Shown: positions 1 to 9,693 of the stretch, piece after piece
Numbering within the stretch: position 1 is the first letter of the stretch
Layout of the letters: every line of letters begins with the position of its first letter
From: a virus
Lineage: Duplodnaviria; Caudoviricetes
Strand: one strand, 5' to 3'
IMG/VR virus record: IMGVR_UViG_2832142748_000002
Location: 1-64,000 of that record
DNA length: 64,000 nucleotides
Translations under genes and position numbers: made by a program
Notes under the pieces: generated by a model
The model's database searches: none
What the model was told of the DNA's origin: nothing
The model's input: only the letters and a program-made list of their open reading frames with translations

Positions 1-237
1 CGTCAATCCCGAGGAGTACCTGGCCGACGTGCTGCTGCGCGTCCAGACGCACCCGAACGCCCGCATCGGAGAGATGCTGCCGCACGAGTGGAAGCGCCTT
101 CGCGCCGCCGATTCGTCCTGAGCCCCCTGCTCAGGTCCGCCCCGTCAGCCCGCTCTCACACAGGCTCGCGACCACCGCCGAGCACGGTCCCCGTCCCTCT
201 GCAATAGGCTCGGTCACGTCGCTCGCCGGACGGATAC
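1..237 (+). mobile_element. IS66-family element, 3' end (transposase C-terminus and right terminal IR)
   Basis: Bases 2-121 translate VNPEEYLADVLLRVQTHPNARIGEMLPHEWKRLRAADSS*, an IS66 TnpC C-terminal motif. The sequence ends ...gccggacggatac at 237, the reverse complement of a GTA-type IS66 terminus. Confidence 0.8.
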
Positions 238-960
238 GCTGAGCTGGCGCGGATAGACGCAAGCGAGCCGATATCGAGGGTGAGGGCGGCGCCGAGGAGG
301 GGGCGAGGAGGGCCGCTCATGGGGCCACCCGATCCGTGCGCCAGTCGGATGGAGACGCCGCACAGCTCGTTGAGAGACGCGCTGGACATGGCCGCCCTCA
401 CATCAGGGGCGAACTAGGAGACCTGGATCTCTTGACGCTGGTGAATTGAGCCTCAACACCCGCAACCTGGGGAGACCTCCGGAGCCGGGGCCCGCCGCAC
501 ACCCGCCATGTGCAGGCACTGGCGCTCCTGAATCGCTCCCCCCTCCAGCTTCCTCTACGCACGCCAAACCCGCTGCCTCCACACGTCATCCAGGCGAACA
601 CATCGCGGTCAAACGTCCTCCTCTCGACTCCGTCTCGTCCACTCGCGGCGTCTCCTCCTTCGGCGACTCCTGCCCGGCCTCTACATGGGGCTCCACGCAC
701 ACCTCCTCCTTTGCTTGGGGAACAGCGCCGCGAGCACCGCCTCACGAGGATCCCGTGGAGCTGCAGCGACTGCCGCGCACTTCGCGGGAGTTGGATGCCG
801 GATGGCTGAAGGCCGTGTCGCGCGTGGTGAAGGCGATGGTGTCGGTGCGGCTCGCGCTGCATCCAGCCGCTCCGGTGCCCCGGACGAGGGCATCCGGGGC
901 AGGGAAGAAGCGCCGAGCCCCTGGCCAGGTCTGGTTCACCGGCGGGAGCGCGGGCGTGCC

Positions 961-3207
961 CTACTCGTTCGAATCCTGTCGGACAGGCCTGAGTTCAAAG
1001 TGGGACTGCAACTCCGCCAGAGGAGTGGTGAGCTTGCGCGGTGCAGTGACCACGAGATGGCGAGCCGCACGTGTCAGAGCTACGTATGTTGAGCGCAGCA
1101 ACTGGTCCTCGGTCATGTTGCGCTTCGCACGTCCCGGCTCGATGAGGCCGACGCAGTCGAACTCCAGGCCCTTGGTGTGGAGTGTCGGCGTGATGTGCAC
1201 TGTGTCGCGGTTGTGTAGGTCCACCGCCTTGGATCGACGGCACGAAATATGGTGCTCTTGCAGCAGAGGCTTGACGATGTCTGCCACCTGCTCACGCAGT
1301 TCATCGTCATCGCAGATGAGAACGATGGACCACTCTGGATGCTCCCGTTTCAGCTTGATGACTCGGGACGCGAGTTCCGCGAGCCGGGCTTCAACGTTGC
1401 CTCCCTGAATCAACTCTGGCTTCTGGCCGCTCAGGTCTTCACGTGCCTCAAAGGGAGCAGTTGTGCCGAAGTGCGCCCGGTAGTAGCTCGCAGCGAGTTC
1501 CCCCAATTCGCGCGTCTGCCGGTAATTCTTGCGGAAAAGTCCCACCTGGCCGTCCCCGCCCCCTAGCGAAAATCCACCGTCAGGCCAGGAAGGGAGTCCA
1601 CCCGGGAACTTCAAGCGCTGCATCAGGTCACCCACGGCGGTGACACAGCGGTACTTCGTGTCCGCCAGCTCCAAAAGCAGTCGGGACTCCACAGGGCTGA
1701 AGTCCTGAGCTTCGTCCAATACAAGGTGGCTGACTCGCTCCCAGGGCTTCACGAAGCGCACCGTCGGCGCGGAGGGCACTCCATCTGACATCCAGCGCAC
1801 CATCCAGCCAATCAGAGGGCGGTCATTCTTCCGAATGCGACCTTCGGTCGCGTGTGAGCGCGCCTCGCGGAGTGCGTTCTCGGCCGCCGTGCGCGACAGC
1901 ACCTTGGCTTCAACCAAGGCATTCGCATGCCCTGCGAATGCTTCTGACTGAAGAAAGCCGAGGTAGACCTCTCCATGGTTCACCACTTGAGAGGCGAATG
2001 CATTGAGGCCTTCGCGAACCGCGATGGCCTGTGCCGAATCTCGCTCGCGCGAGAAGTGCTCGTTGGCGATGCGGAATGCCGAGACAAGCTTCCCAAGTCT
2101 CAAGCTTCCTGAGCGCAGGCCCCTCTCCGCTTCCCCAATCTCCCGCAGGTATTCGGCCCTGCGTGCATCCTTCGGACCCAAGCACTGATCGAAGTGGGCC
2201 TCGAGTACCGCAAGCGCCGAAGGCCAGCGGCCGCGCAAGGACTGAACGGTCCAACTCTTCAGCGGCTCGAGAATCGCCGCATGCGTCTTGATGGCCGCGA
2301 GCGCCTTGCTGTCCTTCAGCGGGTCAGCCTTCACATTGTCGAGTGCATGTGCCCCATCCAGCAGGTTTCGGGTCCACGCATCAATCGAGATGACGGGCAC
2401 CTGCGGGATGCGCAGTTCCTTGAGCAACCGCTCAAGGTAGCGCACCAGGATGTCGCTGTACGTCACAACCAGAGTTGACTCCTCGGTGAAGTGGGGGGCA
2501 TCCCGAGGAATATCGAGTTCGTCGTGTTGTGCCTCCAGGGCGTATGCCACCCGCTGAAGTGCGATGGTTGTCTTACCGCTGCCGGGGGCTCCCTCGACGA
2601 CAAGGTGGCCTCGCAGCGGCATCCGCAGATACGTGTCCTGGGTCCGGTCCGTCTCGAAAATGATTTCGCGCAGGCCGAATGCTGCTGCCGCCACCGGGCC
2701 CTCCGGCCGCAGGTCGGATGTAGCTGCATCTATCGTCTGCCGGGCGCTGGCAAAGTCGAATGCTCCCGACAGGGCCTCGTAGCGGCCGTTCCGAAGGTCA
2801 CCTTGCTGCACTTGGAACCTACCGCGCAGGTCAACGCGGTAGGTCTGTTCTCCCTTGGGAACAACGATCTCCTCTTCCTCTCCCAGATCAAACAGTCGCA
2901 GGCGCGCGAGTGGGGAGGTCCATGAGATGATGTGAGCCCCTCCTTGAAGAGCAAGCCCCTGGCGCGCCTTCGTCAGGTAGAGGCGCTTGGCCTCCTTCCC
3001 ATTGCAGATCGCGTCGATACGCACCGAGAAGGGGTCACCTGCCAGTTCGCGAAACGCCGCATACTGGATCTGCCGCTGCTGGTCCAAGGCCTGTGGACCG
3101 AAGACACTCTGCCCTGCCTGCGATGCGCGCTGATTCGCCTCGCGGATGGCGTGGGCCAATGCTGCAAGATCCTCGGTCAAGAGGGCTTTCAGGTTCGACA
3201 CAGTCAT
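961..3207 (-). CDS. HelD/HelR-like superfamily-1 helicase (RNAP-recycling ATPase family)
   Basis: Motifs VEGAPGSGKTTIALQRVAY, VLDEAQDFS, GDLMQR, KGLEFD, YVALTRA, plus a HelD-like N-terminus (PFSVRID..LYL..ISWTSPLA). Start refined to ATG 3207, which has a GGAGA RBS. Confidence 0.75.
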   Translation of the reverse strand: MTVSNLKALLTEDLAALAHAIREANQRASQAGQSVFGPQALDQQRQIQYAAFRELAGDPFSVRIDAICNGKEAKRLYLTKARQGLALQGGAHIISWTSPLARLRLFDLGEEEEIVVPKGEQTYRVDLRGRFQVQQGDLRNGRYEALSGAFDFASARQTIDAATSDLRPEGPVAAAAFGLREIIFETDRTQDTYLRMPLRGHLVVEGAPGSGKTTIALQRVAYALEAQHDELDIPRDAPHFTEESTLVVTYSDILVRYLERLLKELRIPQVPVISIDAWTRNLLDGAHALDNVKADPLKDSKALAAIKTHAAILEPLKSWTVQSLRGRWPSALAVLEAHFDQCLGPKDARRAEYLREIGEAERGLRSGSLRLGKLVSAFRIANEHFSRERDSAQAIAVREGLNAFASQVVNHGEVYLGFLQSEAFAGHANALVEAKVLSRTAAENALREARSHATEGRIRKNDRPLIGWMVRWMSDGVPSAPTVRFVKPWERVSHLVLDEAQDFSPVESRLLLELADTKYRCVTAVGDLMQRLKFPGGLPSWPDGGFSLGGGDGQVGLFRKNYRQTRELGELAASYYRAHFGTTAPFEAREDLSGQKPELIQGGNVEARLAELASRVIKLKREHPEWSIVLICDDDELREQVADIVKPLLQEHHISCRRSKAVDLHNRDTVHITPTLHTKGLEFDCVGLIEPGRAKRNMTEDQLLRSTYVALTRAARHLVVTAPRKLTTPLAELQSHFELRPVRQDSNE

Positions 3208-3465
3208 GCTGTCTCTCCAGGAGCTCACAGCATAGCCTACCGTGCTGGTCGTGACGCCAGCGGCGGTGGAGTCAGTCCCCGCCAACGCAAGATTTGCTGT
3301 CGGTTTGCGGCGGAAGCATTGGACCCTTGAAATCTTCGCAGCCGCTTGTGCAGCCCGGGAGAAGAAGGCGAAGTGGTATGGCCGCCCTTGGAATGAGGGG
3401 GTGGTCGTGACCCCTCCACGAGGCTCATTGTCCCCTCACTCCAAGATGCGCCTAGACTCGCGGCC

Positions 3466-3669
3466 ATGAGACCTCTTCTGCTCTTGTCTCTCCTGTTCAT
3501 TGGTGTCTCCGCTGAAGCTCGCGGTTCTGTCCGGACCAAGGGTTACACAACGAAGCGAGGGACGTATGTGGCGCCCAGCCACCGGACGAAGGGGAACCAT
3601 ACGAAGGTCGACAACTACTCCACCAAGGGCAACTCCAACCCCTACACGGGCAAGAAGGGCTCGAAATAG
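3466..3669 (+). CDS. Small secreted basic protein (VRTKGYTTKRGTYVAPSHRT...GNSNPYTGKKG family)
   Basis: Signal peptide followed by a widely conserved GYxxKxGTYVxPxxRT..N.ST.GN.NPYTG motif. Confidence 0.7.
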   Translation: MRPLLLLSLLFIGVSAEARGSVRTKGYTTKRGTYVAPSHRTKGNHTKVDNYSTKGNSNPYTGKKGSK

Positions 3670-3899
3670 CCTGGCCCGCGCTCTGTCTTGTGGCAATGCC
3701 ACTCCGAAGGCACCTGCAGCACGTCCATGATAAGGCCCTGCCGGCCGAGGCTGCTTTCGGGGAGGAGCGCGCCAATCCACCTTCGTCCAGCGCAGCAGTT
3801 GCTGCTGGGAGTGCGCCAGGTACGGAACGCAGGGCGAGTGCCCACGACTGGAAACGACCCTGTGGCCTGTCAGCCCTGGCCGTGCTGTCATGGATTGTC

Positions 3900-4544
3900 A
3901 TGACAACCGCTGTGGCCTTCCGCCGCGCCGCGAGCGCTGCTGCGCTCCTCGCTCTTGTCGGGTGCGGGTCCGCAACCGTCGGCGGTGGAGGAAGTCCTGC
4001 TCGCGCGAAGTGGGTCAGCCCGGTCGTCACCACGCCGGATGGCGGCCAACTCCGGACGACCATCTACTACGGGCCCTGGCAGTGCAGCGCCGCGTTCCTG
4101 ACTCGCTGCGAGTCGAAGTGCGCGGCGCAGGGCTACCCCCTCATGGGATGCATGTGGCTGGCCGACATCAAGGGGGACTGGCAGGGGCGCTACCTCTTCA
4201 TGCCCGCGGAGGCAGGTGGTCGCCTCGCCATCACCCACTGCTGCTGCGACTACCCCAAGGTGGCGGACCTCCAGCGGCGCCGTGACAAGTGGGACAACGC
4301 GCGCGAGCGCTTCCGGGATGAGTGGGGCTCCGAGTTCGGCGCGTGGCCGGCGACGAGCGCCGGGAAGAACTGGCCGGGACACCACATCTTTGACCTGGCC
4401 CATGGCGGGCCGCCGGTGGCGCCCGACAACGTCCTGCCTGTCCCTGGTGACGTGCACAAGCTCTTCAACGACGAGTACCCCGCCTGCTACGCGCCCGGCA
4501 GGAAGTGGCTGACGCCCGGCCCTGAGCGCCCCTACGCGGACTGA
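3900..4544 (+). CDS. SitA-like lipoprotein toxin with C-terminal HNH-type nuclease (copy 1)
   Basis: Lipobox LLALVG-C, Cys-rich escort region (YYGPWQC...THCCC), nuclease motif GHHIFDLAHGG...DNVLPVP..VH, and an adjacent SUKH immunity gene. Confidence 0.8.
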   Translation: MTTAVAFRRAASAAALLALVGCGSATVGGGGSPARAKWVSPVVTTPDGGQLRTTIYYGPWQCSAAFLTRCESKCAAQGYPLMGCMWLADIKGDWQGRYLFMPAEAGGRLAITHCCCDYPKVADLQRRRDKWDNARERFRDEWGSEFGAWPATSAGKNWPGHHIFDLAHGGPPVAPDNVLPVPGDVHKLFNDEYPACYAPGRKWLTPGPERPYAD

Positions 4545-4554
4545 GGACGCCACC

Positions 4555-5031
4555 ATGCCCATGGACAGCCTGCTGGCGGAGTTCTCCCGGCTCCACTTTC
4601 CCAACGCACCAGCGACACCCGCGCAGATCTCCGCTTTCGAGGCGCGCGTCGGCTGGAAGCTGGACGAGGAACTGCGCGCCTTCTACCTGCACGCGAACGG
4701 CGGCACCCTCTTCACGCCGCCGCCGAACACGAAGTACTGCTTCCTGTCGCTGGACGAAATTGTTCGGGCACGGGTCGCCATACGTGGAAGAGACCAGGAC
4801 AGCGCGGGCCCCGCATCGCACTTCACCCTGGTGGACATGCAGGACACCAACTTCGTCGTCGTGGACGTAGCGAAGCGGGAGGCCGGACACTACCCTCTGC
4901 TCGACGCCTTCCACGAAACGTACCCGGACGAGGTGCCGCGCATCGCCTCGTCCTTCGAGGAGTTCTTGGAGAAGGCCCTGCGCAGTGGCAACCGCTCCTT
5001 CTGGCTGAGCAGCGAGCCGCCAGAGGAGTGA
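4555..5031 (+). CDS. SMI1/KNR4 (SUKH) immunity protein (copy 1)
   Basis: PATPAQISAFEARVGWKLDEELRAFYLHANGG motif; directly downstream of the toxin. Confidence 0.9.
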   Translation: MPMDSLLAEFSRLHFPNAPATPAQISAFEARVGWKLDEELRAFYLHANGGTLFTPPPNTKYCFLSLDEIVRARVAIRGRDQDSAGPASHFTLVDMQDTNFVVVDVAKREAGHYPLLDAFHETYPDEVPRIASSFEEFLEKALRSGNRSFWLSSEPPEE

Positions 5032-5169
5032 GCACGCCGGGTCCATGGTGGCCCGTCCACTCGCGTGAGCTGTCCGCGCCGTGCCCACCCACGGCAAGAC
5101 GAAGACCCTCCCCGGAGCGGCGACGGAGCGTGTTCCCTCCGTCGCCTTCGCGCTTCACGGAGGGAGGCG

Positions 5170-7788
5170 TTACGGAGTGCGGACCAGGCGGATGCCGTAC
5201 CAGCTGCCGCCCAAACGTGCGCGTCCGTAGAAGCTGCCAGCCTTCATGGAATACTTGTAGTTGACCTTGGCGGGGGGCGTTCCCGGCGGTCCGGCGACGC
5301 CTCCGTTCTTCGCGTACCGGAAGCCGGCGTTCGCGTCGAACCGCCAGGTGTTCTGGTGGCTGTAGCACTGGGGCTTTTCACCCGCCCCCATGACCCACCG
5401 GAGCCTGTTCGCGTCATCCAGGTTGGTCACCATCTTCGAGTACGCCTCGTACCGGGTCTTGAACGTGGGGTCGATGGCATCCATCACGTGCGTTTCGATC
5501 CCCTTCCAGATGTTGGTGTAGGCATTGCCAATCAGGGAGTTGATGCCACCGTTGGTCCAGCTGGCGATGTCCTGCGTGGTGATCGGATAGTAGGGGACCT
5601 TGATGTTGACGGAGATGTTCGCCGTCTTCACCAGCCAGTTTCCGATCTTGTAATCCGCCAGGGTGTTGAACTTGGGCCGGGCCAGCGTGTTGTAGTTCTG
5701 GGGATACGGGACGATGTAGTCCGTATCCAGCTTCATGTTGTCCATGCCCACGACGATTTCGTCCGCGTAGGACGGTCCCCAGTAGCCAATCCCCAGGAAG
5801 CGCTTGCGACGCTGGAGCTTGCCCTTGATGCCGATCGTGTGGAACCCCACCTCGTAGTCGCCAATGTTGAGCTGGAAGCCCGGAGACTTGGCCTTGAAGA
5901 CGAAGCGGCGGTTGCCGAAGGGGATGTTCTCGGAGCGCTTGAAGTTCGAGCCCACCGGATAGGGCTGGTAGGCGATCGCGGGCGGAGTGAGGTTGCAGCT
6001 CGGTGCCGGAACGATGGTGCTGTCGCAGATGAAGTCCCGCTCGCCGTTGCCGGAATACGCCGCGGCACAGTTCTGGCTGTTCCACAGGTTGGGCGGCTTG
6101 GCGCTCGCCGCCAGCTCCACGACCGAGTTGGTCCCCGGGAAGAACTTCCGGCAGTACGCGACCGGATCCAGGTTGGCGCCCGAGACACAGTCGTTGTCCT
6201 TCAGCCACGCGCCGCCCGGCGCCTTGTGCGCGTTGACCTTGCCGTACCAGTACGAGATGCGGCCAAGCTCAGCCCCCTTGTTCCGCAGGGGAGCGCTGAC
6301 GCTCGCCAGGCCCTGCTCCGTGCCGTGGGTGCCCGATCCGGCGGGGCTGCCCACATCCGGGAGCGCCTGGAGCGTGGCGGCGCCGCTGGCGTCGTCATCA
6401 AAGCCAAGCAGCTTCACGGAAGGCGTACCGAACCCTCCCACCGTGCGGATGACGCCCGGCATGACCTGGTAGGACCCATTGCCCAGCGACGACTCTCCCG
6501 CGATGGACTGGAAGTTGGGGTCGGTGTTGATGGCATAGGCGTTGGCGTTGAACCAGGCGCGGTAGGCCGCGAGCGAGGACAGGTTGACCTGGAACACGCC
6601 CATGTTGGTGAGGTGGTACAGCTTGCCCTCGACGACGACCTGGAGGTCGCGGTCGACGAGGCGACGCAGGGTGTCGTCCTCGGTCAGGGCCGCGGCGAGG
6701 TCGTCCACGAATTCGCTGTAGGTCACGTCGACAATGGCATCCCCGGCCTGCTCCGAGGGGCGGGCCGTCGCCAGGTACGTCTTCGCGCTCACGAAGTTGG
6801 ACGGCACCATGTCGTTGGGGTGGATCTCCGCGCTCAGCGTGTAGGCCAGCGTGCCGGAGCAGCTCAGCGCCGAATAGCAACCGAGCCGCAGTTCATACAG
6901 GCCCGTGCGGGGCGCGGTGTATGTGATGCGGCTGCCGGTGCCACTGCACGCGTCGTCGCTGGCCACGAGTTCGACGTTGCCCTCGGCATCGATGAGGCGC
7001 AGGTAGGAATCACCGGCCACCGAAGAACCCGTGACACCACACGTGCCCGCGTCGATCACCTGCCCCTGGGACAGGTGGAGGACCAGGGTGGAGTAGCCCG
7101 CGGTGGCGCTGGTCGTGGTCGCGCCGCTGTAGCTCCGCGCGCCGCTGAGCACCGCCGTACGGCCCGGCGTCAGGACCGAGTACCCCACGGTGCCGCTACA
7201 GGTTCCCGTGGAGAAGCAGCCCATGCGGACTTCGTAGACGCCGGCGGTGGCGGCCGTGAAGGACAGGCGGCTGCCCGTGGTGCCACACGCGTCATCGTTG
7301 GCCGTGACCTCGGTGCCATTGAGCATCAGGCGCAGGTAGCTGTCGCCCGTGACCGAGGCTCCTTCGAGATCACAGGTGCCCGCCTCGAAGACCTGGCCCG
7401 CATTCAGCTTCACGGTGAACGACGGAGAGTTGGTCGTCGCGCTCGCGGTGGCGGTGGCGCTGAAGGGAGTGACGCCGCTGCTCCCGGTGCTGGCCGAAGT
7501 CGCGTCGGCGACCGTGTCCAGTGCGGAATAGAAGTCGGCGAAGCCGCTGGCCGTAGCGAAGTTCAGGACGCCGTTCGGGAAGTTGCTGTCCACGAGCAGC
7601 GTCGGCGCGACCCAGGGGCCCGGCGGATAGGAGGCCTCGAACTCCTCATCCACGAGCGCCTGGGTCTGCTCCGGCGGGTGCTCGGGCTCCACGGGACCTG
7701 GAACGTCTTCGCCGCCACATCCCCCGAGACCGAGCGTCAGGGTGACCAGCAGCAATGCCTTGAGGGGTGTCTTCACCGCGCGTTTCAT
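5170..7788 (-). CDS. Large mosaic lipoprotein with two PPC-like beta repeats and a Cys-rich module
   Basis: Lipobox LGLGG-C, two repeats of GQVxxAGTC...GDSYLRL...DDAC..GSR...G.YExRxGC, a YWYGKVN..C..YC module, and an 872-aa ORF with strong codon bias. Confidence 0.75.
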   Translation of the reverse strand: MKRAVKTPLKALLLVTLTLGLGGCGGEDVPGPVEPEHPPEQTQALVDEEFEASYPPGPWVAPTLLVDSNFPNGVLNFATASGFADFYSALDTVADATSASTGSSGVTPFSATATASATTNSPSFTVKLNAGQVFEAGTCDLEGASVTGDSYLRLMLNGTEVTANDDACGTTGSRLSFTAATAGVYEVRMGCFSTGTCSGTVGYSVLTPGRTAVLSGARSYSGATTTSATAGYSTLVLHLSQGQVIDAGTCGVTGSSVAGDSYLRLIDAEGNVELVASDDACSGTGSRITYTAPRTGLYELRLGCYSALSCSGTLAYTLSAEIHPNDMVPSNFVSAKTYLATARPSEQAGDAIVDVTYSEFVDDLAAALTEDDTLRRLVDRDLQVVVEGKLYHLTNMGVFQVNLSSLAAYRAWFNANAYAINTDPNFQSIAGESSLGNGSYQVMPGVIRTVGGFGTPSVKLLGFDDDASGAATLQALPDVGSPAGSGTHGTEQGLASVSAPLRNKGAELGRISYWYGKVNAHKAPGGAWLKDNDCVSGANLDPVAYCRKFFPGTNSVVELAASAKPPNLWNSQNCAAAYSGNGERDFICDSTIVPAPSCNLTPPAIAYQPYPVGSNFKRSENIPFGNRRFVFKAKSPGFQLNIGDYEVGFHTIGIKGKLQRRKRFLGIGYWGPSYADEIVVGMDNMKLDTDYIVPYPQNYNTLARPKFNTLADYKIGNWLVKTANISVNIKVPYYPITTQDIASWTNGGINSLIGNAYTNIWKGIETHVMDAIDPTFKTRYEAYSKMVTNLDDANRLRWVMGAGEKPQCYSHQNTWRFDANAGFRYAKNGGVAGPPGTPPAKVNYKYSMKAGSFYGRARLGGSWYGIRLVRTP

Positions 7789-7846
7789 CCGAACTCCGCT
7801 TGACCGGGGGGCCTTGTGAAATTCCGCATTGCTGGAATATCAAGGT

Positions 7847-9412
7847 TCACTGCTTAACCATGAATATACAATTTTCCACCCATGGTAAAGTCCACCGGCA
7901 CGGGGCGATCCGCCTTGGGCCCCTGCCAGCGTCACGCGCCCGGTGGGGGATGACGTAGAGGAAGGACGGGAGCCCTCCGGGTACCCGATCCAGCGAACGC
8001 GCCTGAACGTCACCGGACAGCAAAACGCCCTGCTTCCCGTGGGGTTGGGAAGCAGGGCGAGTGACCCCGACAGGAATCGAACCTGTGGCCTGCGGTTTAG
8101 GAAACTGGCCAGTGGGGATTGAGCGGCCTTCCCCAGCCTTCCTCTGCCTTGCCAAACCTTCGTTTTTATTCACGTTTCGGCCTCCATGTAGGTCCTCAAC
8201 CTTCCTTGGTAATACCTGCGCTTCCTCAGTCTTCACGCCACGTGGACGCCACGGGTCGAGCGTCGCCGCCACGGCGTCGGAGCCCGCGCGAACGTGCTCA
8301 GGCAGCGCCACCGCGTAGTGCGCGCGCGTCGTCTCCACGTCCGCGTGGCCCAGCACTTCGGCCACCAGGCGGATGTCCTTCGTTGTCTGGTAGGCCACCG
8401 TCCCCCACGTGGAGCGCAGGTGCTTGAAGCGCAGTGTGAGGGGAGTGCCCTTGGGCCACAGCTGGAAGTTGCACCGCGGGCACCGTGAGGGGGCATCGTT
8501 CTGGCGCTCCTCCCGGAAGCCGCAGCCTTTGCGCCGACACACGTGCGTCCAGGCCTGCACCAGGCGGGCCCGCACGAGGGCGCGGCGGATGATGTCGTGG
8601 ATTCGCCAGCTCGGCCCGAAGGGCTTAGTCGTTCCGGGCCGCGGGAAGAGGTGGGGGCCCGGCGTCGCTAGCTGTTCCTCAAGCGTCGGTACCAGCACCT
8701 CGGGAATGGGCACCCGACGCTCGCGCCCACCCTTCGTGGTGTCGCGGTGTCCGCTCCGGCGCACGAGGAGGTAGCGCTCCACGAGGTGGACCTCGTCCTT
8801 GCGCAGCACGCGCACCTCGCCCTTGCGGAGTCCCGTCAGCACGCTGGTGGCAACAGCCGGGCGATGCTCCGGGCTCAGGGCGGCGAAGAGCTGGGCGACC
8901 TGCTCCGGCGTGTAGAAGCCCACTTCGCGCTTGGGCACTCGCACCTTCCCAGCCTTCTTGAAGGGATTGGGCCCGGAGAAGAGGCCGGCCTTCTCGTCCA
9001 GGAACGAGTAGAGGCCCTGCCCTGCCATCCGCACGTGCTCACGCGACTGGGGGGAGAGCTTCGTCAGCTTCGCGAGCACCTGAAGCACGTCCGCCGGCGT
9101 GACGGAGTCCACGAGTCTGGTGCCCAGCGCCGTCGCCACGTAGCGCAGCTTCTGCTCCAGGTTGCGCTTGCTGGCGAACTCCGGCGGAAGTGCATCGAGC
9201 CGCATGCGGATGGCCGCAGCCACGGTCGGTACCTCTCGTCGCTCCGCCTCCAGTCCGGCTTCCTCTCGCCACGCGCGATGCTCCACTTCGTGCGCTTCGC
9301 GGCGCGCCTCAGTGAGCGTTCTCGCGGGAATGACCCGACGGTGCGGCTTACCGTCCTTCCCCACCCAGCCAATCCGGAACTTCCCTGACGGCAGCTTCTG
9401 CGCCCAGGCCAC
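7847..9412 (-). CDS. int: Tyrosine integrase whose C-terminus reads through att into flanking DNA
   Basis: Catalytic motifs TGLRKGE, FKHLRSTW, VLGHADVETTRAHY; Cys-rich insertion; the ORF crosses the tRNA fragment. Confidence 0.95.
   Translation of the reverse strand: MAWAQKLPSGKFRIGWVGKDGKPHRRVIPARTLTEARREAHEVEHRAWREEAGLEAERREVPTVAAAIRMRLDALPPEFASKRNLEQKLRYVATALGTRLVDSVTPADVLQVLAKLTKLSPQSREHVRMAGQGLYSFLDEKAGLFSGPNPFKKAGKVRVPKREVGFYTPEQVAQLFAALSPEHRPAVATSVLTGLRKGEVRVLRKDEVHLVERYLLVRRSGHRDTTKGGRERRVPIPEVLVPTLEEQLATPGPHLFPRPGTTKPFGPSWRIHDIIRRALVRARLVQAWTHVCRRKGCGFREERQNDAPSRCPRCNFQLWPKGTPLTLRFKHLRSTWGTVAYQTTKDIRLVAEVLGHADVETTRAHYAVALPEHVRAGSDAVAATLDPWRPRGVKTEEAQVLPRKVEDLHGGRNVNKNEGLARQRKAGEGRSIPTGQFPKPQATGSIPVGVTRPASQPHGKQGVLLSGDVQARSLDRVPGGLPSFLYVIPHRARDAGRGPRRIAPCRWTLPWVENCIFMVKQ
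8021..8059 (-). terminator. Rho-independent terminator of the host tRNA gene
   Basis: Perfect 13-bp stem cgccctgcttccc/gggaagcagggcg followed by TTTTG on the minus strand, immediately 3' of the tRNA fragment. Confidence 0.8.
8061..8105 (-). other. Prophage att core: displaced 3' half of tRNA-Arg(CCU), not an intact tRNA
   Basis: Minus strand reads GT-TTCCTAA-ACCGCAGGCC-ACAGG-TTCGATT-CCTGT-CGGGGTCA-C (anticodon loop CCT, T-arm, acceptor 3' strand). The D-arm and 5' acceptor strand are absent. Confidence 0.85.
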
Positions 9413-9414
9413 GG

Positions 9415-9618
9415 TTACTTCCCTCCCCGCTGCTGCATCTCACGCCAGGCCAGGAGCCGCGCCGGGTCGAACCGCAGTGAACCGCCCACCTTGAAGCTGG
9501 GAACGCTGCCCTCTGCCGCGAGGCGGTAGAGCGTCTTCTCGCTGATGGCGAGGAACTGGGCGGCACGCCGCACGTCCCACGCGTCCTGCATCTGGCCGTT
9601 GCTGACTTCGCTGTTCAT
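9415..9618 (-). CDS. xis: Excisionase-like HTH protein
   Basis: WDVRRAAQFLAISEKTLYRLAAEGSVPSFKVGGSLRF (HTH_17 pattern), directly upstream of int. Confidence 0.85.
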   Translation of the reverse strand: MNSEVSNGQMQDAWDVRRAAQFLAISEKTLYRLAAEGSVPSFKVGGSLRFDPARLLAWREMQQRGGK

Positions 9619-9667
9619 CGACTTCTCCCACCGCCTGCGGCACTGAACGAAGGATTAGGTTTGAAGT

Positions 9668-9693
9668 GTGACAACAACCTGAAAGGTTGTCAC
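9668..9693. promoter_or_regulatory. Palindromic operator candidate upstream of xis-int
   Basis: gtgacaac...gttgtcac inverted repeat overlapping CAACCTGAAAGGTTG. Confidence 0.5.

Noticed and set aside
156-960. ORFs between IS66 and the helicase
   Set aside because: Low-complexity overlapping frames with no motifs; one crosses the IS end.
5065-7803. 912-aa plus-strand ORF (also 35813-38350, 35565-38198, 56443-58500, 57825-59597)
   Set aside because: These are antisense or alternate-frame shadows of real genes caused by high GC3; they have no motifs.
8061-8135. Intact tRNA-Arg gene
   Set aside because: Only the anticodon loop to the 3' end is present; the 5' anticodon stem strand does not pair and there is no D-arm, so it is an att remnant.
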